From Bellilinea caldifistulae (GTDB taxonomy: Bacteria; Chloroflexota; Anaerolineae; Anaerolineales; Anaerolineaceae), in contig NZ_LGHJ01000012.1 of NCBI RefSeq assembly GCF_001306055.1, positions 1 through 32,000 on the forward strand: DNA of 32,000 nt, given 5' to 3'. The notes under the pieces were generated by a model. That model did no database searches. It had not been told where the DNA came from and was given only the letters and a program-made list of their open reading frames with translations. The translations under genes and the position numbers were made by a program. The stretch's first letter is position 1; every line of letters begins with the position of its first letter. Shown here piece after piece: positions 16,257 to 25,297 of the stretch.

Positions 16257-18707
16257 ATGCGCCGAGCAATCTACTCACTTATCATCTTTGCCCTGGCGAT
16301 AGGATTTTTCCCAATTCCTCGCTCAATTTCTGGAATTTCCGAGACCATTGTCATCAGTCAGGTTTATGGCGGGGGCGGGAACAGCGGCGCTTGGTATAAA
16401 AATGACTTCATCGAACTGTTTAATCGCGGCACAACGCCGGTCAACCTGAATGGGTGGAGCGTCCAGTATGCCAGCGCTGCCGGCAGTACCTGGCAAGTAA
16501 CGCTACTCAGCGGGATGATTGAGCCGGGCCAGTATTACCTCATCCAGCAGGCTGGCGGCAGCGGCGGCACCCAGGAATTGCCCACTCCCGATGCGGTTGG
16601 CTCAATTAACCTCAATGCATCCAGCGGCAAGGTGGCTCTGGTCAATTCTCCAACCCCACTCAGCGCTCCCTGTCCGCAAAACCCCGGCATTATTGACCTT
16701 GTTGGTTACGGCTCAGCCGATTGCTCCGAGAGTCAACCCGCACCTTCTCTGACCAACACCACCGCTGCAAAACGGGTGCGAGATGGCTGCCACGACAGCG
16801 ATGATAATTGGCTTGATTTTGGTACTGGAACACCCACCCCGCGCAATCGAACCACCACCCTCACCGACTGCTCCCTTCCTCCCCACATTCTCCCAATTTA
16901 TACCATTCAAGGAAATGGGGAGCAAAGCCCCTTTGAAGGTCAAGAGGTAACCACAAGTGGAGTTGTGATCGGCGACTTTGAAGGCAGCGGCAGTCTGCGC
17001 GGCTTTTATTTACAAGACCCTACCGGCGATGGTGACCCGCTCACTTCGGACGGGATCTTCATCTATCGCGGCGACAATTTCGATACCGTCCGTTCAGGGC
17101 AAACCGTACAGGTCAGCGGCACGGTCGTAGAAAATTACAATCAAACCCAAATTACACTTGCCGAATTGATTGTTCTGAGCGAAGAGCAACCTTCCATCCA
17201 TCCGGCTGTGATTCAACTGCCCTTTAGCCACCCCGCTGAGCCCGAGCAGTATGAAGGGATGCTGGTTCGCTTTGATCAAACCCTGAGCGTGACCGACACC
17301 TATTTTCTGGGGCGTTTCGGACAGGTTACGCTTTCTGGCACTGACCGCCTGTACCAGCCCACCCAATTAACCTTGCCGGGCACAACTGCGGTTTCACTCC
17401 AGCAAGCCAATGACCTGAATCTCGTCCTTCTGGATGATTCCCTCCAAATCCAAAATCCCGACCCCATTCCATTCGGGCGCGGTCAACAGCCCCTCACAGC
17501 CGAAAACACCCTCCGCAGCGGGGATACGATTAGTGGTTTGAGCGGAGTGCTGACCTACACCTGGGGCGGCCATTCGGCCAGCCCAAACGCCTGGCGCATT
17601 CGCCCGGTGGGTGCCGGGGGAACAGACCTACCCGACTTCCAACCTGCCAACCCCCGTCCTGACGTTCCACCCGCCATACCCGGACGTCTGCGGATCGTCA
17701 GCATGAATACCCATAATTACTTCAACACCTTTACCAATTGCCGTGCCGGGGTGAATGGCGCGGCAACAGAATGCCGCGGTGCAAATTCGCAAGAAGAATT
17801 GGAACGGCAGGCGGCCAAACTGGTCAGCGCCTTGCAAGCGCTGAACGCCGACATCGTGGCATTGATGGAAGTCGAAAATGATGGACATGGCCCGAATAGC
17901 GCACTGGCCGACCTGACCAATCGTCTGAATTCCGGTCTGCCGCCAGAAAAGAAATATACCTTCGTTGATGCTGATGCTGCGACCGGCAAACTCAATGCGC
18001 TCGGCAGCGACGCCATTAAAATAGCCCTGCTCTACCGCCCGGTGGTAGTTACGCCGCTGGCAACAGCGGTGTTGGACAGCCGCGCCTTTGTGTACGCGGG
18101 CGATTCCGCCCCACGTAACCGCGTCTCATTGCTTCAAGCCTTCGCCGAAAACTCAAGCGGTGAGCAGTTTTTGATCAGCGTCAACCACCTCAAAAGCAAA
18201 GGCAGCCCCTGTGATACACCCGATGCCGGCGACGGGCAGGGTGATTGCAACGCCGTCCGATTGAATGCCATTCAGGCATTGATTGAGTGGCTGGGCAGCA
18301 ACCCTACCGGCATCGCCGATCCGGATATCCTCATTGTGGGCGATTTGAACGCCTACGCAATGGAAGATCCTCTCCGCCAACTGGGGCAGTCCGGTTTTGT
18401 CAACCTCATACCCGCCTTTCACGGTCTGGATACCTACTCCTATGTTTTCGCGGGGCAGGCCGGTTCGCTCGATCATGCCCTCGCTTCTTCCAGCCTTTTC
18501 TGGCAGGTCGGCGGTGCGGGCGAGTGGCACATCAATGCCGACGAACCGGCCGTGTTGGACTACAATCTGGAATACAAATCGGCCGTCCAGCAAACCAGCC
18601 TGTATGCCCCTGAACCGTTTCGTTGCAGCGATCATGATCCGCTGATCATCGGTTTGAACCTCGCTTCCCCAGCATGGTCGGTCTTTCTGCCGCTGGTTCG
18701 GCGTTAA
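16257..18707 (+). CDS. ExeM/NucH-family extracellular endonuclease (lamin-tail domain + endonuclease/exonuclease/phosphatase domain)
   Basis: 816 aa with an N-terminal signal/TM segment (MRRAIYSLIIFALAIGFF). LTD-like region: VISQVYGGGGNSGAWYKNDFIELFNRG...NGWSVQYASA. The C-terminal EEP motifs are GDLNAY and CSDHDPL. Confidence 0.85.
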   Translation: MRRAIYSLIIFALAIGFFPIPRSISGISETIVISQVYGGGGNSGAWYKNDFIELFNRGTTPVNLNGWSVQYASAAGSTWQVTLLSGMIEPGQYYLIQQAGGSGGTQELPTPDAVGSINLNASSGKVALVNSPTPLSAPCPQNPGIIDLVGYGSADCSESQPAPSLTNTTAAKRVRDGCHDSDDNWLDFGTGTPTPRNRTTTLTDCSLPPHILPIYTIQGNGEQSPFEGQEVTTSGVVIGDFEGSGSLRGFYLQDPTGDGDPLTSDGIFIYRGDNFDTVRSGQTVQVSGTVVENYNQTQITLAELIVLSEEQPSIHPAVIQLPFSHPAEPEQYEGMLVRFDQTLSVTDTYFLGRFGQVTLSGTDRLYQPTQLTLPGTTAVSLQQANDLNLVLLDDSLQIQNPDPIPFGRGQQPLTAENTLRSGDTISGLSGVLTYTWGGHSASPNAWRIRPVGAGGTDLPDFQPANPRPDVPPAIPGRLRIVSMNTHNYFNTFTNCRAGVNGAATECRGANSQEELERQAAKLVSALQALNADIVALMEVENDGHGPNSALADLTNRLNSGLPPEKKYTFVDADAATGKLNALGSDAIKIALLYRPVVVTPLATAVLDSRAFVYAGDSAPRNRVSLLQAFAENSSGEQFLISVNHLKSKGSPCDTPDAGDGQGDCNAVRLNAIQALIEWLGSNPTGIADPDILIVGDLNAYAMEDPLRQLGQSGFVNLIPAFHGLDTYSYVFAGQAGSLDHALASSSLFWQVGGAGEWHINADEPAVLDYNLEYKSAVQQTSLYAPEPFRCSDHDPLIIGLNLASPAWSVFLPLVRR

Positions 18708-18729
18708 TTCAACTGGGCTTGGACGGCAA

Positions 18730-19428
18730 TCAGAACGATTCGGGGAGCGGCGTCAGCGGGTTAAAGCGCTGATTCATGCGAATCTCACTCTCGCGGGCCA
18801 GTTCGATGATGTGGTGCATGACCGTTTCAGCCGCCGAGCGTACCAGTGGGCGGTTTTCAACATCGCCCCGAAAATAAAGCGGTCTGCCTACCGTCAGGTT
18901 GTACGGCCCACGGATGTACCAGCGACCGTATTCAACCCTGCCGCGCACGGTTGAGCGGATGGTATGAACACGTTCCCACTGTAAATGCACTCCCACCGGG
19001 ATGACAGGCGCGCCGCTGGCCAGCGCCAGTCGGGCAACCCCGGTGCGCGGTTTTTCAAAGCCGCCGCCTTCCGGGCTGAGCGCCCCTTCGGGGAAGATGA
19101 TCACCGTTTTACCTTCCGCCAGCCGCTGCAAAGCCGTATCAATCGCTTGCTGCCCCTGCCCGGCTGCTACCGGAATATGACCCGAACGTCGCAGATATTC
19201 CCCCAAAATCGGCACCTGAAACAGCAATTCATTAATCAAAATAAACGATTGCTGCCCAACCATTGCCGCCACGTAAAAGGGATCGGTGGTCGCCGGATGG
19301 TTGGCTGCAATAATTTTTGGTCCTGATGGCAAAGGCTGGTGTTTGAAAACATCCATTTTTAACATCGTACCCGTATAGGTACGCACAACCGGGCGGGATG
19401 CCCAGTACATCAATTGGTCCGAAAGCAT
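18730..19428 (-). CDS. 1-acyl-sn-glycerol-3-phosphate acyltransferase-like (PlsC family)
   Basis: 232 aa with the H-x4-D motif NHPATTDP, the FPEG motif (IIFPEGALS), and VIPVGV. Confidence 0.8.
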   Translation of the reverse strand: MLSDQLMYWASRPVVRTYTGTMLKMDVFKHQPLPSGPKIIAANHPATTDPFYVAAMVGQQSFILINELLFQVPILGEYLRRSGHIPVAAGQGQQAIDTALQRLAEGKTVIIFPEGALSPEGGGFEKPRTGVARLALASGAPVIPVGVHLQWERVHTIRSTVRGRVEYGRWYIRGPYNLTVGRPLYFRGDVENRPLVRSAAETVMHHIIELARESEIRMNQRFNPLTPLPESF

Positions 19429-19778
19429 GGAAAAACCTCAGTTAATGATTGCAATTGGGGAAAAACGAAGGGTTCGATCAAGATGTTGAAATTGTACTTC
19501 TCTCTATCGGCTGTCACATCCCCCTCAGGGTAGATCAGGGTCACAGATTGGGTCATACAAAACGCGATTCACAAAACCAATCGGTGTGACCCGGCAGACT
19601 CTGCTTCAATGAGTATGGAAGTGCACTGATTCAAACCCAATCGTACCCCAAAAGTTACGATACTACGGCTGGTTTGCTTTTTTGCAAGGTCAAGGAGCAG
19701 CCGCACTGAAGCCCGGCAGTTTGGTCATCTCGCCCAAATTTGGGGTATTATAGGGGAAATTCTTTACCGGAGGTGGTT

Positions 19779-20081
19779 ATGGAAAAGAAATTTCAAGCAT
19801 TGCGAGTCATTGCAACACTGTTCAAGGTACTGGCGGTCATCATCGTCATCGCTGCAATCATCGCTGCCGTGGCCGGAGTGGTTTCCTTCGCTGTGAGCCA
19901 CCGCGGATTGGGGCTGAGCCGTTTGGGTTTGTTTTCCGGCATTAATTTTCTGATCGGTGGGTTGATCAGCGGCCTGTTTTTATACGGCTTTGGTGAGTTG
20001 ATTTACCTGCTGTTGGCAATTGAGGAAAATACGCGTGCCTATCGTCTGCCGCCCGGCCCGCCCCAAAACCAGCAGTCCTGA
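19779..20081 (+). CDS. Small membrane protein, unknown function
   Basis: Trimmed to the ATG at 19779, which is preceded by GGAGGTGG. Two long hydrophobic segments are present (VLAVIIVIAAIIAAVAGVV; FLIGGLISGLFLYGF). Confidence 0.55.
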   Translation: MEKKFQALRVIATLFKVLAVIIVIAAIIAAVAGVVSFAVSHRGLGLSRLGLFSGINFLIGGLISGLFLYGFGELIYLLLAIEENTRAYRLPPGPPQNQQS

Positions 20082-20136
20082 ATCGCCCGTCCAAACAGCG
20101 GTAAAATCAGTCGGCCCAATCCATCGAGGCAATTTC

Positions 20137-20166
20137 TTGTACAGGGCTGATTTCTTATGATAAAAT
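20137..20166 (+). promoter_or_regulatory. Candidate promoter for the tRNA-Ser pair
   Basis: TTGTAC (20137-20142), an 18-nt spacer, then TGaTAAAAT, an extended -10 with TAAAAT at 20161-20166. It lies about 30 nt upstream of tRNA-Ser(TGA). Confidence 0.35.
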
Positions 20167-20196
20167 GAAGCCTGCTGGAGGGACGACCTCCAATTC

Positions 20197-20284
20197 GGAG
20201 GGATGGCCGAGTGGTTTAAGGCGCCTGTCTTGAAAACAGGTGTGGGGCAACCCACCGTGGGTTCGAATCCCTCTCCCTCCGCCA
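20197..20284 (+). tRNA. tRNA-Ser (anticodon TGA), CCA encoded
   Basis: The sequence is GGAGGGA...CCTGT-CTTGAAA-ACAGG...long variable arm...TTCGAAT...TCCCTCC-G-CCA. The acceptor stem is perfect. One U-U mismatch occurs in the T stem. Confidence 0.85.
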
Positions 20285-20311
20285 GAGATTTTCGTCTCGC
20301 CTTAACAAATT

Positions 20312-20406
20312 GGGGAGGTGCCAGAGTGGTCGAATGGGGCCGCCTGCTAAGCGGTTGTCGGGGCTATAAACCTCGACCGCGGGTTCGAATCCCGCCCTCC
20401 CCGCCA
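20312..20406 (+). tRNA. tRNA-Ser (anticodon GCT), CCA encoded
   Basis: The sequence is GGGGAGG-TG-CCAGAGTGGTCGAATGG...GCCGC-CTGCTAA-GCGGT-long variable arm-GCGGG-TTCGAAT-CCCGC-CCTCCCC-G-CCA. All stems pair. Confidence 0.9.
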
Positions 20407-20506
20407 GCACAACCTTCGACCGCGCGCCCCCATCAGGGGGTGATATTCGCATCCCACCCTCCCCGCCAGCACAACCTTCGATCGCGCCCCCCCATCAGGG
20501 GGTATT
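20383..20506 (+). repeat. 62-bp tandem duplication of the tRNA-Ser(GCT) 3' end plus a downstream GC hairpin
   Basis: Copy A, 20383-20444: gttcgaatcccgccctccccgccagcacaaccttcgaccgcgcgcccccatcagggggtgat. Copy B, 20445-20506: attcgcatcccaccctccccgccagcacaaccttcgatcgcgcccccccatcagggggtatt. Copy A includes the true tRNA T-loop/acceptor end. Copy B is a slightly decayed ghost. Confidence 0.85.
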
Positions 20507-21986
20507 AAGTTTTCACCTGGTTTTGAAACACCTGCCGGAAGTGGTACCCGTAGATGGCAAAGGTGATCGCCAGCGCAAATTTGCGCGGATATTTCCACAA
20601 CGTCCAGAAGAACAAACGCCAGTATTCCTTCCTTTCTTTTCCCAGCACCCCCAAACGCCACATCGAAGCAAAGAAGGCATACACCTCTTCCCAATGAATT
20701 GCAACATTCAAACGAGGAGGGTTGTAGTTTTCGAGGAAGGTCCGCACCCGCTCATAAAAAGCCTTGGGACTGTACAATTCACCAATCAACTGGCGGTAAC
20801 CTGCCCGCAGCGTATCCAACCCCATTTTGGGCAGAATATTGGTCGAGCCGTCCGTGTTACTGCCGCTCATTTCCAACAACAGCCGCCCTTCCTCCTCCAG
20901 ACGCTGATATAACTTTGTGCCAAAAGGAGCCTGCAGCATACCCACCATAGCCGTTACAATGCCGGTTTTCTGAATAAATTCCAGCTGTTGTTGAAAAATA
21001 CCGGGCCGGTCATTGTCAAACCCTACAATAAAACCGCCCATCACCTGCAACCCAAACCGTTGCAACCGCCGAACACTTTCTGCCAGATTGCGCCGCAGGT
21101 TTTGGCCTTTATGACACTCTACCAGGCTCTCTTCGGCTGGCGTTTCGATCCCCACGAATACCGAGGTGAAACCGGCTTCAACCATCATCTCCATCAACCC
21201 CGGATCATCCGCCAGATTGATCGAAGCCTCCGTAATGAAATGACAGCCTTTTTTGCCTTTTCTCCACTCGATGAGCGCAGGCAGAATCTCCTCCTTGATT
21301 TGTTTGCGGTTACCAATAAAATTGTCGTCCACAAAAAAGATATTCCTGCGCCAGCCGAGCCGGTACATTGCGTCCAATTCAGCAACAATCTGATCGGCCG
21401 ACTTGGTACGCGGCCGATGTCCCAGCATGGCGGTAACATTACAAAAGTCGCAGTTGAACGGGCAGCCGCGCGAATATTGAATACTGAGCGAATCATAATA
21501 ACGGGTTTCCAGCAAATCCCAGCGCGGAACGGGAGACTGACTCATGTCCGCAAAGTCGCTGGTGGAATAAACCCGCTGGGGCACACCTCTTTGCAAATCC
21601 TCTAAAAAGAGCGGCACGGTGAGTTCACCTTCATTCAGCACAAAGTGATCCACTTCGGGGAAGTCCTGCCACTCACCCAAGAAAAGCGGGCCGCCTGCCA
21701 CCACGCACTTTCCGGCTGCTTTACAACGGGTGATCACTTCGCGGGTGGATTGGCGTTGAACGACCATGGCCGAGATCATCACCATATCTGCCCAGGCGAT
21801 ATCCTCATCGGTGAGCAGCCGTGTATTCAGATCCACCAGTCGAAGTTGCCAATCCTCAGGGAGCAAGGCGGCCACCGTCAGCAACCCCAACGGTGGAGAG
21901 GAAGCCTTTTTGTGAATAAATTGCAAAGCATATCGGAATGACCAGAAGGTGTCCGGAAACCTGGGATAAACCAGCAAGGTTCTCAT
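20505..21986 (-). CDS. B12-binding domain radical SAM protein (DUF4070-type C-terminus)
   Basis: Trimmed to MRTLLVYPRFPDTFWSF at 21986, with AAGGAAAA SD upstream. It has the radical SAM cluster motif GCPFNCDFCNV (CxxxCxxC) and an N-terminal B12-binding-like Rossmann region. Confidence 0.85.
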   Translation of the reverse strand: MRTLLVYPRFPDTFWSFRYALQFIHKKASSPPLGLLTVAALLPEDWQLRLVDLNTRLLTDEDIAWADMVMISAMVVQRQSTREVITRCKAAGKCVVAGGPLFLGEWQDFPEVDHFVLNEGELTVPLFLEDLQRGVPQRVYSTSDFADMSQSPVPRWDLLETRYYDSLSIQYSRGCPFNCDFCNVTAMLGHRPRTKSADQIVAELDAMYRLGWRRNIFFVDDNFIGNRKQIKEEILPALIEWRKGKKGCHFITEASINLADDPGLMEMMVEAGFTSVFVGIETPAEESLVECHKGQNLRRNLAESVRRLQRFGLQVMGGFIVGFDNDRPGIFQQQLEFIQKTGIVTAMVGMLQAPFGTKLYQRLEEEGRLLLEMSGSNTDGSTNILPKMGLDTLRAGYRQLIGELYSPKAFYERVRTFLENYNPPRLNVAIHWEEVYAFFASMWRLGVLGKERKEYWRLFFWTLWKYPRKFALAITFAIYGYHFRQVFQNQVKT

Positions 21987-22266
21987 TTGATTTTCCTTGG
22001 TCGTGAAATTGACTTTGAATTTGAGTGTACGACATGAACTGCCATTCTGTAATGTACCTCCGGTCATAATCTTTGTCAGCGATAGTAGGACACAGGTCAT
22101 ATCATCAAGATGATTTTCATGCACTCATTTTCCGACTCTACCTTGATTGTTTTTCATCTCTGCTGTCTGTAATTCGAGTTATAATATCGTATATCTCATC
22201 AAAGCATTCTTATATAAAACAAATCCCCTTCTCCCTTCAACGCAAAAGGTTACAGGTGATCTTAAG

Positions 22267-23358
22267 ATGAACATATTGCTCGCATTTGTCACCGGATTAA
22301 CCACCGGAGGGTTGAGTTGTCTGGCGGTTCAGGGCGGTTTACTGGCCAGTTCTCTGGCAGGCCAAATTGAAAAAGACCTCCAGCAGTCTACTGCTCAAAG
22401 CCGCAAACGCTCCCGCCAAAACCCGTCTGCCGGCTCAAAACCTCGACTGGCCAGGCCAATCCTTGTGTTTTTATTGGCAAAGCTGGTGGCTTACACCATT
22501 TTAGGATTGTTTTTGGGCTGGGCTGGGCAGCTCCTTCAACTCTCGCCCTACATGCGCGCTTTTTTGCTGATTGCGGTGGGCATTTTCATGCTCGGTTCCG
22601 CTCTGCGCATGTTGAATGTCCATCCCATCTTCCGCTACTTTGCCTTCGAGCCGCCGCCGGCTTTGCGCCGCTGGCTGCGTCGAAAAGCCGGCAGCAGCGC
22701 CGATTCACCTTTACTTACCCCTGCTCTGCTCGGCGCGGTGACCGTCTTGATTCCCTGTGGTGTCACTCAGGTGATGATGGCAGCCGCACTGGCTACCGGC
22801 GATCCCCTGCAGAGTGCCGCGTTGATGTTTGCTTTTACCCTCGGCACTTCACCACTCTTTTTCGCGGTTGCCTACTTCACAACCCAAATCGGTGCCCGGC
22901 TAGAGCGGTACTTTATGCGCTTTGTAGCCATTGTGGTTTTACTTTTGGCAATCGTCACCATTGACAGCGGCATTGCTCTGGCTGGTTCCCCTGTTTCGCT
23001 GACTCGCTGGTTTAACCAACAGTTGATGGGCAATGTCCAACCCGGTTTGGTTGATTATCAACCGCTGGAAGGCGGAAATTCCCCAGATCAGGTCATCACC
23101 ATTCGGGTCCAAAATTACGGGTATGAACCCACCTTCATCCGTGCCGAAGCCGGCGTTCCCACTCGCTTACGGTTGATTTCAAAAGATGTGTATTCCTGCG
23201 CCCTCGCCTTTACCGTGCCCTCGCTTGGCATCCAGGAATTATTGAAACCCACCGGTATTACCGAAATTGAAATCCAACCTCAACAGGAAGGTACCCGCCT
23301 GGCTTTTTCCTGCTCGATGGGGATGTATGGCGGAGTAATCCTTTTTGAGGATATGTAA
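22267..23358 (+). CDS. Multi-pass membrane protein (DsbD_2/TauE-like, Cys in TM1) with a C-terminal cupredoxin-like soluble domain; probable metal handling
   Basis: Trimmed to MNILLAFVTGLTTGGLSCLAVQGG at 22267, followed by several TM segments. The C-terminal roughly 100 aa (ITIRVQNYGYEP...FSCSMGMYGGVILFE) looks like a small beta-sandwich metal-binding domain. It is followed by a CopZ-like gene. Confidence 0.6.
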   Translation: MNILLAFVTGLTTGGLSCLAVQGGLLASSLAGQIEKDLQQSTAQSRKRSRQNPSAGSKPRLARPILVFLLAKLVAYTILGLFLGWAGQLLQLSPYMRAFLLIAVGIFMLGSALRMLNVHPIFRYFAFEPPPALRRWLRRKAGSSADSPLLTPALLGAVTVLIPCGVTQVMMAAALATGDPLQSAALMFAFTLGTSPLFFAVAYFTTQIGARLERYFMRFVAIVVLLLAIVTIDSGIALAGSPVSLTRWFNQQLMGNVQPGLVDYQPLEGGNSPDQVITIRVQNYGYEPTFIRAEAGVPTRLRLISKDVYSCALAFTVPSLGIQELLKPTGITEIEIQPQQEGTRLAFSCSMGMYGGVILFEDM

Positions 23359-23363
23359 AACCC

Positions 23364-23573
23364 ATGAAAAAGAAAATCACCCTGCAAATTCATGGCATGG
23401 AATGCCCCAATTGTGCCATGAAGCTGGAAAGCATCGAGGACCGGTTGAAAGGCGTTCTCCGCGCCGAAGCCAGTTATCACAAAGCCCTCCTTACGGTTGA
23501 ATTTCAGGATGAACTGACCAGCGAAGAAGCCATTCGGGCAGAAATCGCACGGCTTGGCTATCAGGTCGTCTGA
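23364..23573 (+). CDS. copZ: Heavy-metal-associated (HMA) domain metallochaperone
   Basis: 69 aa with the GMECPNCAMKLE (MxCxxC) motif and a ferredoxin-like pattern of the expected length. Confidence 0.85.
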   Translation: MKKKITLQIHGMECPNCAMKLESIEDRLKGVLRAEASYHKALLTVEFQDELTSEEAIRAEIARLGYQVV

Positions 23574-23723
23574 CCAATACTCCTTGGAAATACTACCCAA
23601 CAGTCCGGGGCAAAAATCAACCTTTTGCCCAATGGCCTATTTCACTTTCGCCGGATGAGTTAAAAACGCTCCTTACTTATACTGGCAAGCATACCTGATT
23701 CTCAGCAAAATGGAGTGTTGTCT

Positions 23724-24644
23724 ATGCTTGCCAGAGTTACAAATCCGAATATCCACGCCGAAACCCACACCATTGAAATTGAACCCAATGCGAACCTGTT
23801 TGTAAAGATTCTCCGTTGCGAGCCGGTCAGCCATCGTACGGCAATTTACATTCACGGCGGCGGAAACGGCGGTAATCACACCCTCATCGAACGACCGTCC
23901 CGCCATCTAATTGACAAAGGTTTTTTTGATACTATCATCCTCCCGGACAGGCGTGGTGACGGCGCCAGTTCACCTTTGCCCCGCAAGTTTTCGGTCAGAG
24001 ATCACGCCCACGATATGCAACGGGTGCTGGATGCGCTGCAAATTAACCAGCCGATTACAGCAATGGGAGTATCGTACGGTGGACCCATTGCACTCGATCT
24101 GGCCGCCATTGATTCACGCATCGAGCGAGTAGTACTGGTAGCATCCTCACCAACCCTCAGTTCCAACAATGGCATTGCCCGCTTTTTGCTCAAAACCGGG
24201 TTGCTGAAAATGATGCTCAATCTGTCTTCGACAATGTATCTGGGTAAATTGCCACCCGCCTATGCCGACTTTGACTCCGCTTATGAGGCAACCAGCCAGC
24301 GTCAACTGGTACAGGCTTATCTCGAAGGACTGAAACGCACACCGAAAACTTACAAGACCTCTTTTCAATACGCATTAGAAGCCACACTGGATGAATCCCA
24401 GGCTGGATTGGACGAAAATATCACTTTGAATATACCGGTCATTCAAATTATCGGTGAAAAAGATGAAGTTTGGGGCAGCGACTTGCTTCCCGAATATTTA
24501 CAGCGCTTTCCTGACTACAAACAATACCGCGTAGCGGGTGGTCTCATACATAAAGACGTATTCCTTAAGGCTGAGTTATTCCAGAAAGTTTTAGAGACGG
24601 CCCTTGTTGAATGCCCGAACAACCTTTCCGCTCCACAACGATAA
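23724..24644 (+). CDS. Alpha/beta hydrolase fold protein
   Basis: Nucleophile elbow GVSYGG (GxSxG) and an HGGG-like IYIHGGGNGG are present. The start is set at ATG 23724, 8 nt after GGAG. The track start at 23715 (GTG) is also possible. Confidence 0.7.
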   Translation: MLARVTNPNIHAETHTIEIEPNANLFVKILRCEPVSHRTAIYIHGGGNGGNHTLIERPSRHLIDKGFFDTIILPDRRGDGASSPLPRKFSVRDHAHDMQRVLDALQINQPITAMGVSYGGPIALDLAAIDSRIERVVLVASSPTLSSNNGIARFLLKTGLLKMMLNLSSTMYLGKLPPAYADFDSAYEATSQRQLVQAYLEGLKRTPKTYKTSFQYALEATLDESQAGLDENITLNIPVIQIIGEKDEVWGSDLLPEYLQRFPDYKQYRVAGGLIHKDVFLKAELFQKVLETALVECPNNLSAPQR

Positions 24645-24680
24645 TTTTTCTGGATGGATCTTCTACGGTGAGGATTTAAG

Positions 24681-25274
24681 ATGAAATCTACATTGTCTCC
24701 GTTTTTCAGAGTAATATTCACACCAGATGATTTCTTTGAGGAAATTCGCCACTTAAATAACTGGAAATTACCTTTAACCCATCTCCTCCTGCTTGCGGTT
24801 TGGCTTTCCCTTGGCTCGGTCATTGCCTGGAGTTTGGGGGTGGATGGCGGAAATCCGATTAATTCATCCCTCGGTGCCCAGATGGATGTATATCCGTACT
24901 GGAAAGATACTCTTTTACCCCAAATGGGGATGTGGTCATATCCGATTGCAATGGGCTTGATCATACTCGAAATGCTGATCATCACTATAATTTTCACCCC
25001 ATTGATATATCTGGTATTTCGATTTTTGGGAGGCAGTCCCCAGTCCCATGGGATGCTTTGCGCTTTTCAAGCCTTTGTCTACGGGTTGACTCCGACAGCA
25101 TTTGGTGGTTTTTTACCAGTAGCAGGCTTAATCACCGGCGTTTTTGCTACTCTTCTTCAATTCCAACGCGGCCCTTCTATCACACTGCAAAACCGTAAGT
25201 GGGGAAGTTATGTGCTTGTCGTTATATTTCTGGCTTATGCCATCTACCGTTACTGGAATCGGGAATTGATTTGA
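24681..25274 (+). CDS. Yip1-like integral membrane protein
   Basis: 197 aa with a short soluble N-terminus followed by about 5 TM segments. The family call rests on overall resemblance only. Confidence 0.5.
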   Translation: MKSTLSPFFRVIFTPDDFFEEIRHLNNWKLPLTHLLLLAVWLSLGSVIAWSLGVDGGNPINSSLGAQMDVYPYWKDTLLPQMGMWSYPIAMGLIILEMLIITIIFTPLIYLVFRFLGGSPQSHGMLCAFQAFVYGLTPTAFGGFLPVAGLITGVFATLLQFQRGPSITLQNRKWGSYVLVVIFLAYAIYRYWNRELI

Positions 25275-25297
25275 GGTTTCCCGGTATAATCTTATAT

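Noticed and set aside
16008-16399. Plus-strand ORFs 16008..16211 and 16061..16399
   Set aside because: They overlap tRNA-Leu on the opposite strand (the GLEPT-type translation is a tRNA T-arm artefact) and the upstream region of the nuclease gene.
20203-20707. ORFs 20203..20508 (+), 20216..20452 (-), 20347..20694 (-) and 20513..20707 (-)
   Set aside because: They span the two tRNA-Ser genes and the 62-bp duplication, or are out-of-frame overlaps with the radical SAM gene 3' end.
20505-22124. N-terminal extensions offered by the ORF track for several genes: 20505..22124, 22147..23358, 25199..25915, 29310..29786, 6485..7663 and 30577..30960
   Set aside because: In each case an internal start coincides with the beginning of the recognisable domain and usually has a proper SD. 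The extension also overlaps a neighbouring gene or has implausible sequence, so the coordinates were trimmed.
23608-23630. Hairpin gggcaaaa-atcaacc-ttttgccc after copZ as a terminator
   Set aside because: The stem is AT-rich and no T-tract follows it. That is too weak to annotate.
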